Of a stretch of DNA of 64,000 nt, positions 24,470 through 36,816 are shown piece after piece (the first letter of the stretch is position 1; each line of letters begins with the position of its first letter). Made by a program: the position numbers and the translations under genes. The DNA comes from Narcine bancroftii (taxonomy: Eukaryota), in the NCBI RefSeq assembly GCF_036971445.1, contig NC_091477.1, positions 101,680,001 to 101,744,000 of the forward strand. Reading direction: 5' to 3'. The notes under the pieces were generated by a model. The model was not told where the DNA came from, made no database searches, and saw only the letters and a list, made by a program, of their open reading frames with translations.

Positions 24470-26320
24470 TTATCCTCTTATCTGTTCCCTCTACACTCAC
24501 GATCAAATTGGCAAGTTCAGCTCCAAAGCAATCTGTAAATTCACACATACCATCATTGTGGGATGAATAATTGGACATAATGAGTCAGAAGACAGGTTGG
24601 AGATTGACAATCTGATTAGGTGGTGCTGGAACAACAATCTTGCTCTCAACCTCAACAAGAGCAAGGAGCTTATTGTGGATTTTAGGAAGGAGAGGCTGAA
24701 TCACAGCACACCTATATTCATTGACTGGATGGAGTTGTTTCATGTGAGTCCTCATATCAGAGGACACCCGCTGGAGCCAAGCACATAGAAGCACCTGTGA
24801 AAAAGGCACATCAACACCTCTACTTTCTAAGAAGTCTGTAGATTTGGCCTGTCATAAAATATTCTATCAAACGTCTACAGGGGTACTGTGAAAAAATGCT
24901 GACTGGCTGCATCATGGCCTGGATTAGTAACTCAAGTGCCCAGGAATGCAGAGTTTACAGAAGTAGCAAACATAATCAGATTAATCATAGGCTCTGACTT
25001 CCATTGGTGACACTGTGTAATTGGATCCTTGATTTTCTCACCTCCAGATCACAATCAGTGTGGATTGGTAAGAAGAACATCTCCTCCACAAACCCCATCA
25101 GTCCTGGAGCACCACAGGGCTGCTCTCTAAGCACCCTGCTCTATGCTCTACTCATTTTACATCTATGACTGTGTGGCTCACTACACCACCACCATCTACA
25201 AATTTGCTGACAATACCTTGGTGGTGGATTGTATATAAAAGGGTGATGAGTCAGCATATAGGAGGGAGATTGTTGTTGGTGCATTATTCAGCCAAGTTTT
25301 CAATCTCACACTCAATGTCATCAAAATCAAGGACTTCGGAAGGGAAAACCAGAGGTGTACAAACCAGTGATCATTGGGTTCAAGGTGGAGAGGGTGAGCA
25401 AATTGAAATTCTTGAGAATCATGATCTTGGAGGATCTTTCCTGGACTCAACACACTAATGGCATTGTGAAGAAAGCATATCATCACCTCTACTTCCTTAG
25501 GAGTATGTGGAGGTTTGGCATGACATCAGAAACCATGACAAATTTCTACAGATGAATGGAAAAAAATGTGCTGACTGGCTGCATCAAAGTCTGGTATGGG
25601 GACACCAATACTGATGAGCATAAAGCCCTGCAAAATGTAGTGGACACAGCGCAGGACGTCACACCAGAGAATGTTGCCATCGGAGAGCTGCAGCAATCAA
25701 GGATCCACACCACCCAGGACACGCTCTGTTCTTGCTGCAACTATCAGGAAAGAGGTCTAGGTGCCACAAGACCCACACCATCAGGAACAGCTGTTACCCC
25801 TCCACCATCAAACTCCTCAACAATAAACTCAACCAGGGACTCATTTAAGGACTCATATTTTGGTCTTTATTGTTTTCCCTCTCTGTTTTGCAATTAATTC
25901 ATTTACATGTGTACATAGTGCAAAAAAAACTTTACACAATCAATAAGTGGTAATTCTGCATCGCCCACAGGGAAAAGAATCTCAGGATTGTAAAGTGATG
26001 CTATGTATATACTCTGACAATAAATCTGAAATCTGAGATGCCGTCTCAAGAAGCCGACTGGCACCATGAATGACCCCCATCACCCTGGTCACAACCTCTT
26101 CTCACTGCTACCTTCAGGAAGAAGGTATAGAAGCCTCTGGGTTCAACTATATGATAGCTATCAGGCTCTTGATCCTTCCCGAATGCCCAATCATAAACTA
26201 TTCCAGCACCATAAAAACACCTGTCTGCACTAATAAAAAGCCTTTTCTTTCTTGCACAACAGTAACTGTGAAGGTTTATGATCTATCTTTTAGATTATAC
26301 AGAAAAAGAAAATAAATATA
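24470..26320 (+). mobile_element. Rex1/Babar-type LINE interrupted by a second copy (25010-26037)
   Basis: WCWNNNLALNLNKSKELIVDFRK; host breaks at ~25005 and resumes at ~26038; the inner copy ends in aataaatctgaaatctga. Confidence 0.75.
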
Positions 26321-26327
26321 TCTGACT

Positions 26328-26390
26328 GAAGATTTATGAAGGGGGTAAAAAGTCCACGTCAGCTGCAGGCTCGTTTGTGGCTGACAAGTC
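26328..26390 (-). mobile_element. 63-bp fragment of the RTE LINE 3' end
   Basis: Near-identical to the reverse complement of ~30184-30246. Confidence 0.85.
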
Positions 26391-26400
26391 ACAAACTATA

Positions 26401-26512
26401 CTTTGTATAGCAATGATAAAGCTACATAACCAATGTTTCATTTTGCTCATACCTTGATGAAGGTCTCAGACGCGAAACATTGGTTATGTAGCTTTATCAT
26501 TGCTATATAAAG
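26401..26512. repeat. 39-bp inverted repeat (1 mismatch, 34-nt spacer) from a Penelope-like end
   Basis: 26401-26439 versus 26474-26512; followed by gtgacctgctgaatttctcca. Confidence 0.85.
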
Positions 26513-27129
26513 GACACTCTGTGACCTGCTGAATTTCTCCAACAATAAGGATGATTGATGTGTTTAGAGTTTCCAAACTTCATGCATAAAAATACACACT
26601 GTAAGAGCATGAAGATATGCAATCAATTCCACATATACCATATTGTTGAAGTCAGCTTACAAAGCAATCTACTTTCCATAAACATCACAATATTAAGCTA
26701 ATGATGAAATGAATAAATCCTTGAAAAATTTCACAGGCAAATATTTTCTAATATCTTAATTTCCATTACAAGTAACATCCTAAGTTACTCCAGGATAACA
26801 TCCTAAAATTTCTTGTCACAATCATTTCAAGATTTGATTCTTGTTATGCTCCTATCTTTTGAACATACCATGTTTACAATTATCTATAATTCCTTTATAA
26901 TTGGACTAGTAACTGGTTTTGTTTTACAATATATCCATATAGAACATCTCTACGATGTATTGATGTCGTGCTTTAATCAACAATGCCTTAGACCAGCACA
27001 TCCTATTCTTAGGTTCTCACCTGAATCCATCTAAGAATCATGTTACCTTTGCTATTATAAATTTATCCCATTTTGCAGTTATAAGTTACTTTTGAAAAAA
27101 AGAAATCAGGTCAATAAGGTGCATGCAAG

Positions 27130-27530
27130 TAAAAGTAAACACAAAACCTGCAGCTGCATGGGTCTAGTACAGTGCACTAAAGTACTGGAGAAACTCAGCA
27201 GCTCATACATCATTCATAGAAACCAAAACACAGTTGATGTTTTGGGCCAGAACCCTTCTTCAGGAGTGCTGAAAACCAGGCAGACACTTGAATAAAAAGG
27301 CGAGGAGGGGTAGGAGCAGGGAATGGGAGGAGCACAAGCTAACAGGTAATAGGCAGATGCAGATGCAAGGGAGAAAAGACAAAGAAGCTAAGAAATTATA
27401 TTGGGAGAGGGTAACAGGCTAAAAAAGATTGTGCTCTGATTAAAGGAAGAGGAATGAGGGAAAGGGGGGGGGGGAAATCAGAGAGGGAAATTGGAGGTCA
27501 ACATTGATATAATCTGGTTGGAGACTGCAT
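27130..27530 (-). mobile_element. Penelope-like terminal fragment
   Basis: ctggagaaactcagcag...gggccagaacccttcttcagg followed by a purine-rich tract. Confidence 0.6.
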
Positions 27531-28587
27531 GCTTGTTTTGCCCTCAGCTTCATCAACCGTTCCCATGCACACTGTTTATTATTTCTTCTTGGAGATCAGA
27601 TTCCTGAATGATCAATGACCCAAAGACCTGCCTTCCTTTGACTTTTCGTGCACTATTTTTATTTATTGTTGTAGGGTGGTTTATATGAATATTTACAGTG
27701 TGATGCTACTGAAAATTAACAAATTTTGTGACTTGTTTTTGACAAAATATTCTGATGTTTGTAACATAATTTTATTTACCAGTTTCTTACTGTTATTGCT
27801 GCTGCAATTTTACTCCTCAATGAGCCATGTGTGTCATTTTATTGATGTCAAATCTCTTTAATGTCAATCACAGGATGTACTTACATAGTCTGTTTCAGGG
27901 ACCAAATTGTCTCGTGCTCAGGAGATTATTAAATAATACCCATCATCAAGAGGTGTGGGTGTCTGAAAAAGAAGAAACAAGCTGAGAGAATCGCACATTT
28001 TTAGGGTATAATTTCAGATTTTGGGTCCTTTCAATTGGAAGGTGTGCATTTAATTTGATGCAGGGAATAAAAACTCAGCCTATGTCACCTCTTTATCTCA
28101 AGCCCTCCAAACCCAGCAACATCCTAGTGAATCTCCTCTTCACCCTTTTCAGTCCATTGATATCCTTCCTATAGCTGGGTATCCAGTACTGCATACAATT
28201 TTAAGTGTGGTCTCAGCAACACCTTGTATAGTTGAATCATGAGGTTCCAAGTTTTGTATTCAATACCTTGCCCAATGAGGTAAACATGCCAAATGCCGCC
28301 TTCACCACCTTATCCACCTGAGTTAGCACTTTCAAAGAGCTGTGCACCTGTACCCCTCAATATCTGTTGTAGAATAGTCTCCAGGCATCTATTATTCATC
28401 ATGCAAGTCCTGTCTTGGTTTGATTTACTAAAGTGCAACAGCTTATATTGATCAGAATTGAATTCCATTTGCCACTTCTTGGACCATCTTCCCAACTGAT
28501 CTAGATCCAGTTGTAAATGTAGATATACTTCCCCACTGTCCACATCACCACCAATGTTGGTGTCATCCAAAATGTAATATTTGCATT

Positions 28588-30274
28588 AACTGCATGAGTT
28601 TTTCAAGCTTTGTTGGGACCAAGGAAAACTGCCTAAGGATCTTCGTGATGCCACCATCATCACCCTGTACAAAAACAAAGGCGAGAAATCAGACTGCTCA
28701 AACAACAGGGGAATCACGTTGCTCTCCATTGCAGGCAAAATCTTTGCTAGGATTCTACTAAATAGAATAATACCTAGTGTCGCCGAGAATATTCTCCCAG
28801 AATCACAGTGCGGCTTTTGCGCAAACAGAGGAACTACTGACATGGTCTTTGCCCTCAGACAGCTCCAAGAAAAGTGCAGAGAACAAAACAAAGGACTCTA
28901 CATCACCTTTGTTGACCTCACCAAAGCCTTCGACACCGTGAGCAGGAAAGGGCTTTGGCAAATACTAGAGCGCATCGGATGTCCCCCAAAGTTCCTCAAC
29001 ATGATTATCCAACTGCACGAAAACCAACAAGGTCGGGTCAGATACAGCAATGAGCTCTCTGAACCCTTCTCCATTAACAATGGCGTGAAGCAAGGCTGTG
29101 TTCTCGCACCAACCCTCTTTTCAATCTTCTTCAGCATGATGCTGAACCAAGCCATGAAAGACCCCAACAATGAAGACGCTGTTTACATCCAGTACCGCAC
29201 GGATGGCAGTCTCTTCAATCTGAGGCGCCTGCAAGCTCACACCAAGACACAAGAGCAACTTGTCCGTGAACTACTCTTTGCAGACGATGCCGCTTTAGTT
29301 GCCCATTCAGAGCCAGCTCTTCAGCGCTTGACGTCCTGCTTTGCGGAAACTGCCAAAATGTTTGGCCTGGAAGTCAGCCTGAAGAAAACTGAGGTCCTCC
29401 ATCAGCCAGCTCCCCACCATGACTACCAGCCCCCCCACATCTCCATCGGGCACACAAAACTCAAAACGGTCAACCAGTTTACCTATCTCAGCTGCAACAT
29501 TTCATCAGATGCAAGGATCGACAATGAGATAGACAACAGACTCGCCAAGGCAAATAGCGCCTTTGGAAGACTACACAAAAGAGTCTGGAAAAACAACCAA
29601 CTGAAAAACCTCACAAAGATAAGCGTATACAGAGCCGTTGTCATACCCACACTCCTGTTCGGCTCCGAATCATGGGTCCTCTACCGGCATCACCTACGGC
29701 TCCTAGAACGCTTCCACCAGCGTTGTCTCCGCTCCATCCTCAACATCCATTGGAGCGCTTTCATCCCTAACGTCGAAGTACTCGAGATGGCAGAGGTCGA
29801 CAGCATCGAGTCCACGCTGCTGAAGATCCAGCTGCGCTGGATGGGTCACGTCTCCAGAATGGAGGACCATCGCCTTCCCAAGATCATGTTATATGGCGAG
29901 CTCTCCACTGGCCACCGTGACAGAGGTGCACCAAAGAAAAGGTACAAGGACTGCCTAAAGAAATCTCTTGGTGCCTGCCACATTGACCACCGCCAGTGGG
30001 CTGATAACGCCTCAAACCGTGCATCTTGGCGCCTCACAGTTTGGCGGGCAGCAACCTCCTTTGAAGAAGATTGCAGAGCCCACCTCACTGACAAAAGGCA
30101 AAGGAGGAAAAACCCAACACCCAACCCCAACCAACCAATTTTCCCCTGCAACCGCTGCAACCGTGTCTGCCTGTCCCGCATCGGACTTGTCAGCCACAAA
30201 TGAGCCTGCAGCTGACGTGGACTTTTTACCCCCTCCATAAATCTTCGTCCGCGAAGCCAAGCCAAAGAAAAAAA
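28588..30274 (+). mobile_element. Young 5'-truncated RTE-clade LINE
   Basis: Uninterrupted RT frame from ~28590; short 3' UTR ending gccaagccaaagaaaaaaa; CpGs largely retained. Confidence 0.93.
28719..30203 (+). CDS. RTE LINE ORF remnant: reverse transcriptase and C-terminal zinc finger (no endonuclease, no true start codon)
   Basis: PESQCGF, FVDLTKAFDTV, GVKQGCVLAPTLF, LLFADD, QLRWMGHVSRM, CNRC...H motifs. Confidence 0.9.
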   Translation: MLSIAGKIFARILLNRIIPSVAENILPESQCGFCANRGTTDMVFALRQLQEKCREQNKGLYITFVDLTKAFDTVSRKGLWQILERIGCPPKFLNMIIQLHENQQGRVRYSNELSEPFSINNGVKQGCVLAPTLFSIFFSMMLNQAMKDPNNEDAVYIQYRTDGSLFNLRRLQAHTKTQEQLVRELLFADDAALVAHSEPALQRLTSCFAETAKMFGLEVSLKKTEVLHQPAPHHDYQPPHISIGHTKLKTVNQFTYLSCNISSDARIDNEIDNRLAKANSAFGRLHKRVWKNNQLKNLTKISVYRAVVIPTLLFGSESWVLYRHHLRLLERFHQRCLRSILNIHWSAFIPNVEVLEMAEVDSIESTLLKIQLRWMGHVSRMEDHRLPKIMLYGELSTGHRDRGAPKKRYKDCLKKSLGACHIDHRQWADNASNRASWRLTVWRAATSFEEDCRAHLTDKRQRRKNPTPNPNQPIFPCNRCNRVCLSRIGLVSHK

Positions 30275-31819
30275 TATTGCTCTGCAAATCATTAACGTGG
30301 ATGACAAATAACAGTAGACCTAGTACAGACTGTTGTGGCCCACCAGTCTTAGTCCTCCAATCAGAAAAACATCCCTCCACTACTAGCCTCCATCCACCAA
30401 GCCAGTTTTAAATTCAATGGGCCAGGTTCCCTTGGACCTCAAATGATCCAACCTTCCACACCAACTTCCCATACAAGATCTCTCAACAGCTATGCCAAAT
30501 TCTACAAGTACAATATCCACAACCCAGCTCTCATCTTGGTCACTTCTTCATCAGATTTGTGAGGCAAACCCATGACAACGACCTCTAATCTGTCCCTAAC
30601 CAAATGCTGGTGGTTCCCCTCCAACAATTTTTCCAGCCACTGTCATCAAGCTCACAAGCCTGTCATTGCCTTTGTGCCCTTGTTAAATTATGGGACACAA
30701 GCCACCCTCCAGTTTCTCAGCACTCTACCCATGGCCAAAGATGTACACATCTCCTCAAGGGCCTCCACAGTTTATTCTCACAAGGTACGAGGATGCACTT
30801 CATCAGGGCCTGATTATTTGTCCAGTTTAATACAATCCAAGTCTGCCAAAACCTGCTAGTTCCGATATGGTTCACTCATTTCCTTCAGTCTGTTGGCTTG
30901 CATGATCTTCTCCAGAGGGAATAGAAATATTTATTCAAAACACCCACCACCATCTCCTATGGCTCCACACAGACAATTTTATGATTTTTACTAGGACCAT
31001 CTCTCTCACTAACCACCCTTTTACAGTCAATATCGTAGAATGTCTCAGGATTTTCCTTTATCCTGCCTGTCAACTCCATCTCATGTCCTCCTCTTGCCAT
31101 TCTAATTTCCCTCTTGGGCATACTCCTCCACTTGTAGTCATCCAGAGTTGTTTGCCCTGGACCATTTAAATCTGACATGCATCTCCCAAGCTAATTCACA
31201 CCTTGAGTTCATCTTCCTTACCCATTACACCTCTTGCATTGAAATAAGTGCAGTTTAAACTAGGGGTCTTTCCTTTCTCTGCCACACTATCGATCTGGTC
31301 TATACAGTTGCAAAATTTGAGTATGGTATTGGCCCCCACCTTCTCATCTTTGTTCTGGGCCCCAGTCCCTTGTCAATCTATCTTGAACCTTACCAATTAA
31401 CTCCATAAAATCTACCTGGCAGAATATTGGTCTCCCACCTGTTCAGATGCAACCCATTCCTCTTGCATCAGTCACTTCTGCCCAAGAGGAGATTCCAGTG
31501 ATCCAAGAACCTGAATCTCCATCCCCTGCACCAGCTCCCCGCCACACATTTATCTGATATGGTGGGTAGGCAAGGTGGGTACAAAAATGGCAGATATAAT
31601 TTAATTCTGGTAACTTGAGAGGATTAATAAAATTAAGGTATACAATTAATAGTAGGATTGGAGCAAATATAATCACATTGGTGTACATATCCAAAAACTT
31701 TAGAAGTGGCAGAACAGACATGGTTGTTGCATAAAGGGATACTTACCTTCATTATTCAGTGGAATACTAGACGAAATAGGTTATTGTATAATTATACTAA
31801 ACATTATTCACACTACAAG

Positions 31820-33000
31820 GACAAAAGAGATGGCAGATTTTGGAATCTGGATCAAGAAATAACTGAATCAACTCCACAGGTCAAGCAGCAACTGTGGAGC
31901 AAAAGGTGTAAACCAATACTTCAGTTTGCGACTGTGTATCAGGACTAAAAGGAAAGATCGTCAGTATAGTACTATACAGGAGGGATAGAAGCTGCTACAA
32001 GATAGGTGGAATAATTTAAGGAGTGGATGATGGCTAGATTGAGCCAGGTTGGGACGGAGGCTGGCAGGAGGAACCCCACCAATAGATTGATGGGCAGATA
32101 GAACCAAGGCAGGAAGGGGCATGGAAGAGATGAACAAAAGAGGAAGAAAACTAAGTAGACAGGTGAATATATGTAAAAGAATACCAAAGGCATGGTTATC
32201 TGAAATTCAAGTTCAAATATTGCATTTGATGTAACCCAAGTAGAATGCAAGATGCTGTTCTTCCAATTTATGTTTGATCTCCCCATAATGGAGAAGGGAG
32301 AGGTCAAACACATCAGTGTGGGAGTGTAAACTGACATGCAATCAGTAGCTCAAGTTAGCTATGAGGGACAATATACAGATGATCTGTAAAATGGTTGCAT
32401 AGCCTACCTACCTTTGGTTTCACCAATATGGTAGGCCACAACATAAGCATTGAATGTAGCAAGCCAGGTGGAAAAGGTGCAGGTAAACCACTGCTGATGT
32501 CCCTGAATGGCAATGAAAGATTGAGATGTATAAAACTATGAGGGGGAGACAGTGAGAAACATTTCCTTTTACAGAAGTATTCATGTCCTGAGAGCATGGG
32601 TGGTAGGTGAGATAATTACCCTCAACATTCCAGTATTTAGACAAACATGTGAAGCCTATCAGGCAAGTGCTGGAAAATAAAATTAGCGTAGAAAGCAGTC
32701 TAATAACCAGCACAGACACATTAGGCTGAAGACCTGTTCTATGTTGCACCCAACATTGTTGGAGATAACTTCAATTCTTCTGGGCTGCATGTTGGATAAC
32801 CTGATTATAGAGGGGTAATATAGAGCTGAATGATATTGGCTACATGTGGAAAGTGAACCTGTACATTTAGATGTTGTCATTAAGGAGGGACATATAAATA
32901 AGTAATGGTGTGTCAGCAGTAGATAGCTGGTTGGGGAGATAAACAAATGTTAGTCCATAAAGAAAGGCTGCTGCAGATGAATCAATGACCGCAGAAAAAT
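31820..33000 (-). mobile_element. Highly decayed Penelope-like element
   Basis: Terminal motif at 31830-31950, purine-rich tract, GIY-YIG-like RL..F.DHL segment. Confidence 0.45.
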
Positions 33001-33294
33001 AGAACCAATGTAATACAAACCCATCCATCTTGATTAAGGACACCAGTCCTCCCTTATTCTTTCCATGAAAACAGAATCTTCTGTTCAAAAGGTGAGAACT
33101 TGCAAGCATTGAAAACAACAACCATATTTTTGGAATCAAACTAGTATGATTACCTATTCATAAATTTATGCTTCAAATTGCATTCTTGTGTTTTTAAAGT
33201 TAGCAACTTTAGTTTGAGAAGTTCCATTCAAAGTAAGTTTTTGAAATATTCATGTATTGTCAAAGACACAATTAAATAAAGAACCCTGATATTG

Positions 33295-33541
33295 TTTATT
33301 AATCTTAATGTGGTTTTGAGCAATCATACTTCTTTGAAGTGCATTAGTTTGAGACTGCACACATGAGATGCGAGCAAAAGTATTTTATAGAACACGTTAT
33401 TAATTTCCCCTGAACATCTTTTCAGAACTGACCAACTCTAGAAATTCTTTAACCTCTGCAGACCACCTTCTGTCATTCTGCCTACAGCCATACCATTTTG
33501 GCTTTTCACTCACTGAAGGGAATAATTCTCAAAGCTTTATT
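33295..33541 (-). terminator. Candidate COPS7B polyadenylation signals
   Basis: AATAAA on the minus strand at 33541-33536 and 33300-33295, downstream of the stop. Confidence 0.4.
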
Positions 33542-33783
33542 GTATACACATCACTTCAGAAGTTAGTTTGCAACTAGTCCCATTTAATAAGAAAAGCTGA
33601 TTCAGTAGTCACCTGAGATTCCTACTAAAAAATCTATATATTACAAAAAGATTTCAAATGCACAGGAAAAGTTATTTAAATCTTTTTCAAGTGTTGTTTA
33701 TGAGAAGCATTGCACTGTTCATTATATTTTCATTTCTTCTCAAATTTCTTAGAAGCACTGAATAATCTTGCCAAAACACCATC

Positions 33784-33942
33784 CTAATGACGACTCGATG
33801 ATAAACTCTTAGCTTTTGATAATTTCTTTGCGGTTGAGCGTTGTTCAACGAGTTGTGGAGTGTCACGATCCATGGGATGCTGATCAGGATCTTGAGTAGA
33901 GGTAGAAGCTGTTGCTTTTAAGGTCTTCTTTATATTTGCCAC
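33784..33942 (-). CDS. COPS7B: COP9 signalosome subunit 7b, last coding exon
   Basis: VANIKKTLKATASTS...KSLSSSRH*; acceptor ttttaaag; the SSRH end is 7B-like; the six exons sum to 795 nt = 264 aa + stop. Confidence 0.93.
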   Translation of the reverse strand: MANIKKTLKATASTSTQDPDQHPMDRDTPQLVEQRSTAKKLSKAKSLSSSRH

Positions 33943-34562
33943 CTTTAAAATACAAATTATAATTTTCAAATATTCCCACAGAGAGGCAAGGAACCAATCT
34001 GAACAAGGGAGCATTTAAACTAGTTCAAATTTTATAGTAAAACAGTCCCTTGTGCAACTTGGTCCTAATATTAGAACCAATAATCTTCATATTGTCAGAT
34101 GCAATAATACTCTTTTTAATGTTTATCCATTTATGTTAATGATGCATCTTTGTACTTTGACCATCTCTCTGTGAATTTCTGTTCTTTATCTCTGATAACC
34201 CTTCTACATCACAATATATTCAATTCAATATACTCAATCTATTAAGCCATTAAAGCCTCAATTATAGTAAATCAAGATATTTTTACCAGGAGAGATCCAC
34301 ATTGGAGAGACAGACAATGGTGGAAATACTCAGCAAGTTAGACAGCAGGTATGGAGAGAGAAATAGGGATAATGTTTCATTTTGAAACATTAACCCTGTT
34401 TCTTTCTCCCCTCCCCCTCCCCCTCCCCCACCCCATCTGTGTAGTTCTAGCATTTCATGTTTCAACACGAATAGACAAAGTATTCAGTGTTCTATTATAT
34501 AATCGGGGCATGAAAGGTGTCAGACCAATTCAATTACTTTAAAAATGCAGGCACTGTTAAAA

Positions 34563-35155
34563 GGGCAGCATGGTTAGTGTAGTGGTAAGCACAATGTTAA
34601 TACAGTACCAGCAACCTAGATTCATTTCCACCACGGCATATTTTCCCCATGTTTGTGTGGGTTTCCTCCACATTCCAAAGATTTTAAAGTAATTTTTATT
34701 CATTTTTCACATCCTCAAGTTTATGCTCGAGGTTCCCTAATGTGTACAAACCATTGTGCACAAGAATCTTTTAAAAAAATTTTTGTCACATGGTCATGTA
34801 TTTTTTTCCTTTCCTACTTGTTCAATAAGAATGATTTCCCATTTATCTGTCTATTCTGGAATCAGAAGCCACTGTTATGCTCAGAGGAAAGCTTAGTTTT
34901 CTTTTCTTCTCACATAACAAATATTGGTGTTTTTTTTTAGAAGTGTAGTCAGTGGAGAGAAGTACAGAAGAAACCAACCAACCAACCTCGATTACTTCAC
35001 AGGAAAGGGGGGCCCATAAAATTTGAGCATAGTCTGAAGGGGGCCAAAGTCAAAAAAGGTCAGGAATGGCTGGATTAATTGGTGACATGGGCATATTTTG
35101 GCGATGGGGGCTTGTGGGTTGAAAGGGCCTGTTACCATGCTGTATGGAGGCATTT
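34563..35155 (+). mobile_element. V-SINE-like element with an internal hAT-like MITE relic
   Basis: tRNA-like head ggttagtgtagtggtaagc, gtgggtttcctccacattccaaag core, tail gaaagggcctgttaccatgctgt; insert ends aaaaaggtcaggaatggctg. Confidence 0.55.
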
Positions 35156-35169
35156 AAAAAATTTAAAAT

Positions 35170-35515
35170 GATTAGAGTACAGATAGAGTTGACATGAAGA
35201 GGCTTTTTCCTTTAAGGAGGAGATACAAACAAGAGGATACAAGTTGAGAGTTTGGGGGAAAAAGTTTAGAGAAAGCATGAGTGTGGACTTCTTTTCTCAG
35301 AGTGGTGGGTGTGTGAAACGAGCTTCCAGACGAAGTGACAGAGGCAAGCTCGATATTAGCATTTAAGGAGAAGTTGGATATGTATATCAATGGGAAAGGA
35401 ACAGAGGGTTACGGGTTAAGTGTAGGTTGGTGGGGTTAGGTGGGAGTAAGTGTTCGGCGTGGACTAGAAGGGCCACGTTGGCCTGTTTTTGTGCTGCAAT
35501 TGTTCTATGGTTATT
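35170..35515 (+). mobile_element. CR1 LINE 3' end
   Basis: ttttctcagagtggtgggtgtgtgaaacgagcttcca...ggcctgtttttgtgctg tail. Confidence 0.75.
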
Positions 35516-35774
35516 ATCTATACATTTCTAAGTAGATGCCTGCACCATTTCTTAAATTAAGGGAATTTATCTCCAAAAATTGTACAGAAAAATTTAATGG
35601 TTACCAAAACTATTACAAGTTTGATTTCAGAAAGCATGTGATACAGTTGTCTGTTATACAGTCTGTTATAAATTTCCTGTTCAGAATCAGTCTTTCACAT
35701 TAAATTATACAGGATCTGTGAACATACAATTAACGCATTGAAGAATCCTATTACAGTTTGTCTCCAAAACTCAC

Positions 35775-35880
35775 CTCAGTTTCTACTTGATGCTGAGTTT
35801 TTGTGTGACCCTCTTTGTATTGATTTACATGGAGGACTTGTTGTTCAATCCCCAGCAGAACTGCTTGACAACAATCACAC
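35775..35880 (-). CDS. COPS7B: COPS7B coding exon 5 (106 nt)
   Basis: (W)[35 protein letters not shown]; acceptor ttcctttacag, donor gtgagt. Confidence 0.93.
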
Positions 35881-36613
35881 CTGTAAAGGAACAGAAAAAT
35901 TGATGGCAAAGTGACCTTATCCACAAAGCCATCAGACATAAGCTTTTTAAAAAAAGGTTACGATAACTAACAAATACATTTTCAATTATTCGTGTTAATC
36001 TGGAGAACAGAATGCAATTATAGTCCCATAAATTGCATTAAAAAACAAATTTAAGGCTGTAAAAGCTACACAACACAAATATACATTAGGTAAACTGAAT
36101 CCTCTTGTAATACATCTTAGATTGAGGATAGGGTCTAAAAGTTCATATCAAGCATACGTGGTTTAATTCTACTCTTGGTCCAACACTTTTGAAATTAACA
36201 CATAATAAATGTTGAATATATACTTCATGATGCCATTTTTAAATAGATGAATTTTAACTGGAACAAAAACCTGATATTGCCCTTAGTTGATTTACTTTTT
36301 CCATAAAAAAAACAAATAAGTTGAAATAATCAGGAAGGGGAGTACATTTATCCAATTTTATTTTTGGGAAGGAAAAATTAAAATTGCAGACTCTTGATCA
36401 GATACTTAATTTTGTTTTGAACCATAATAATCCATGGTTTAAGCTTAGTGCGCTCATTTCTAATATCAGCAGGCATGCGAAACAAACTTCATGATTGCAA
36501 GAATGTATCACAAAGACACAGACTTATCCTTAGAGGTTTTCCAATTGTTCTAGAGTATTTTTTTTAAAAAAAATCACAATTAAAGAATATTATTAATTTA
36601 AAAAAACACTTGC

Positions 36614-36816
36614 CATTCCTGGAGAGTTTTAACAATGTTGCTGATATCTTGCTTTTGCAGATCTCTGCCGATGCAAAAGTCAATCTCAAGCAGCTGATTT
36701 CGCTGATCGAGTTTGCCTTGTATTATATCGGTATAAATTGCTTCAATAATTAAATCCTCCAATTCTCTGAGATTTTTTATATCGAGGTCTTTCAAAAGCA
36801 CAGAATATGGAATGCA
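36614..36816 (-). CDS. COPS7B: COPS7B coding exon 4 (203 nt, PCI domain), GC donor
   Basis: [52 protein letters not shown]...LQE(W); acceptor ctttgcag; the frame joins the next exon only through TG|gcaagt. Confidence 0.93.

Larger units (their letters stand above)
28075..31520 (-). mobile_element. CR1-type LINE relic split by the RTE insertion
   Basis: DDTNIGG..LQLDLDQLGRWSKKWQMEFN (28310-28570) continues into SDWR..GGPQQSVLGLLLFVIHVNDL (30280-30380) and RIKENPETFY. Confidence 0.8.

Noticed and set aside
29846-30380. Antisense and alternate-frame ORFs over the RTE
   Set aside because: Shadows of the RT frame and of the host CR1
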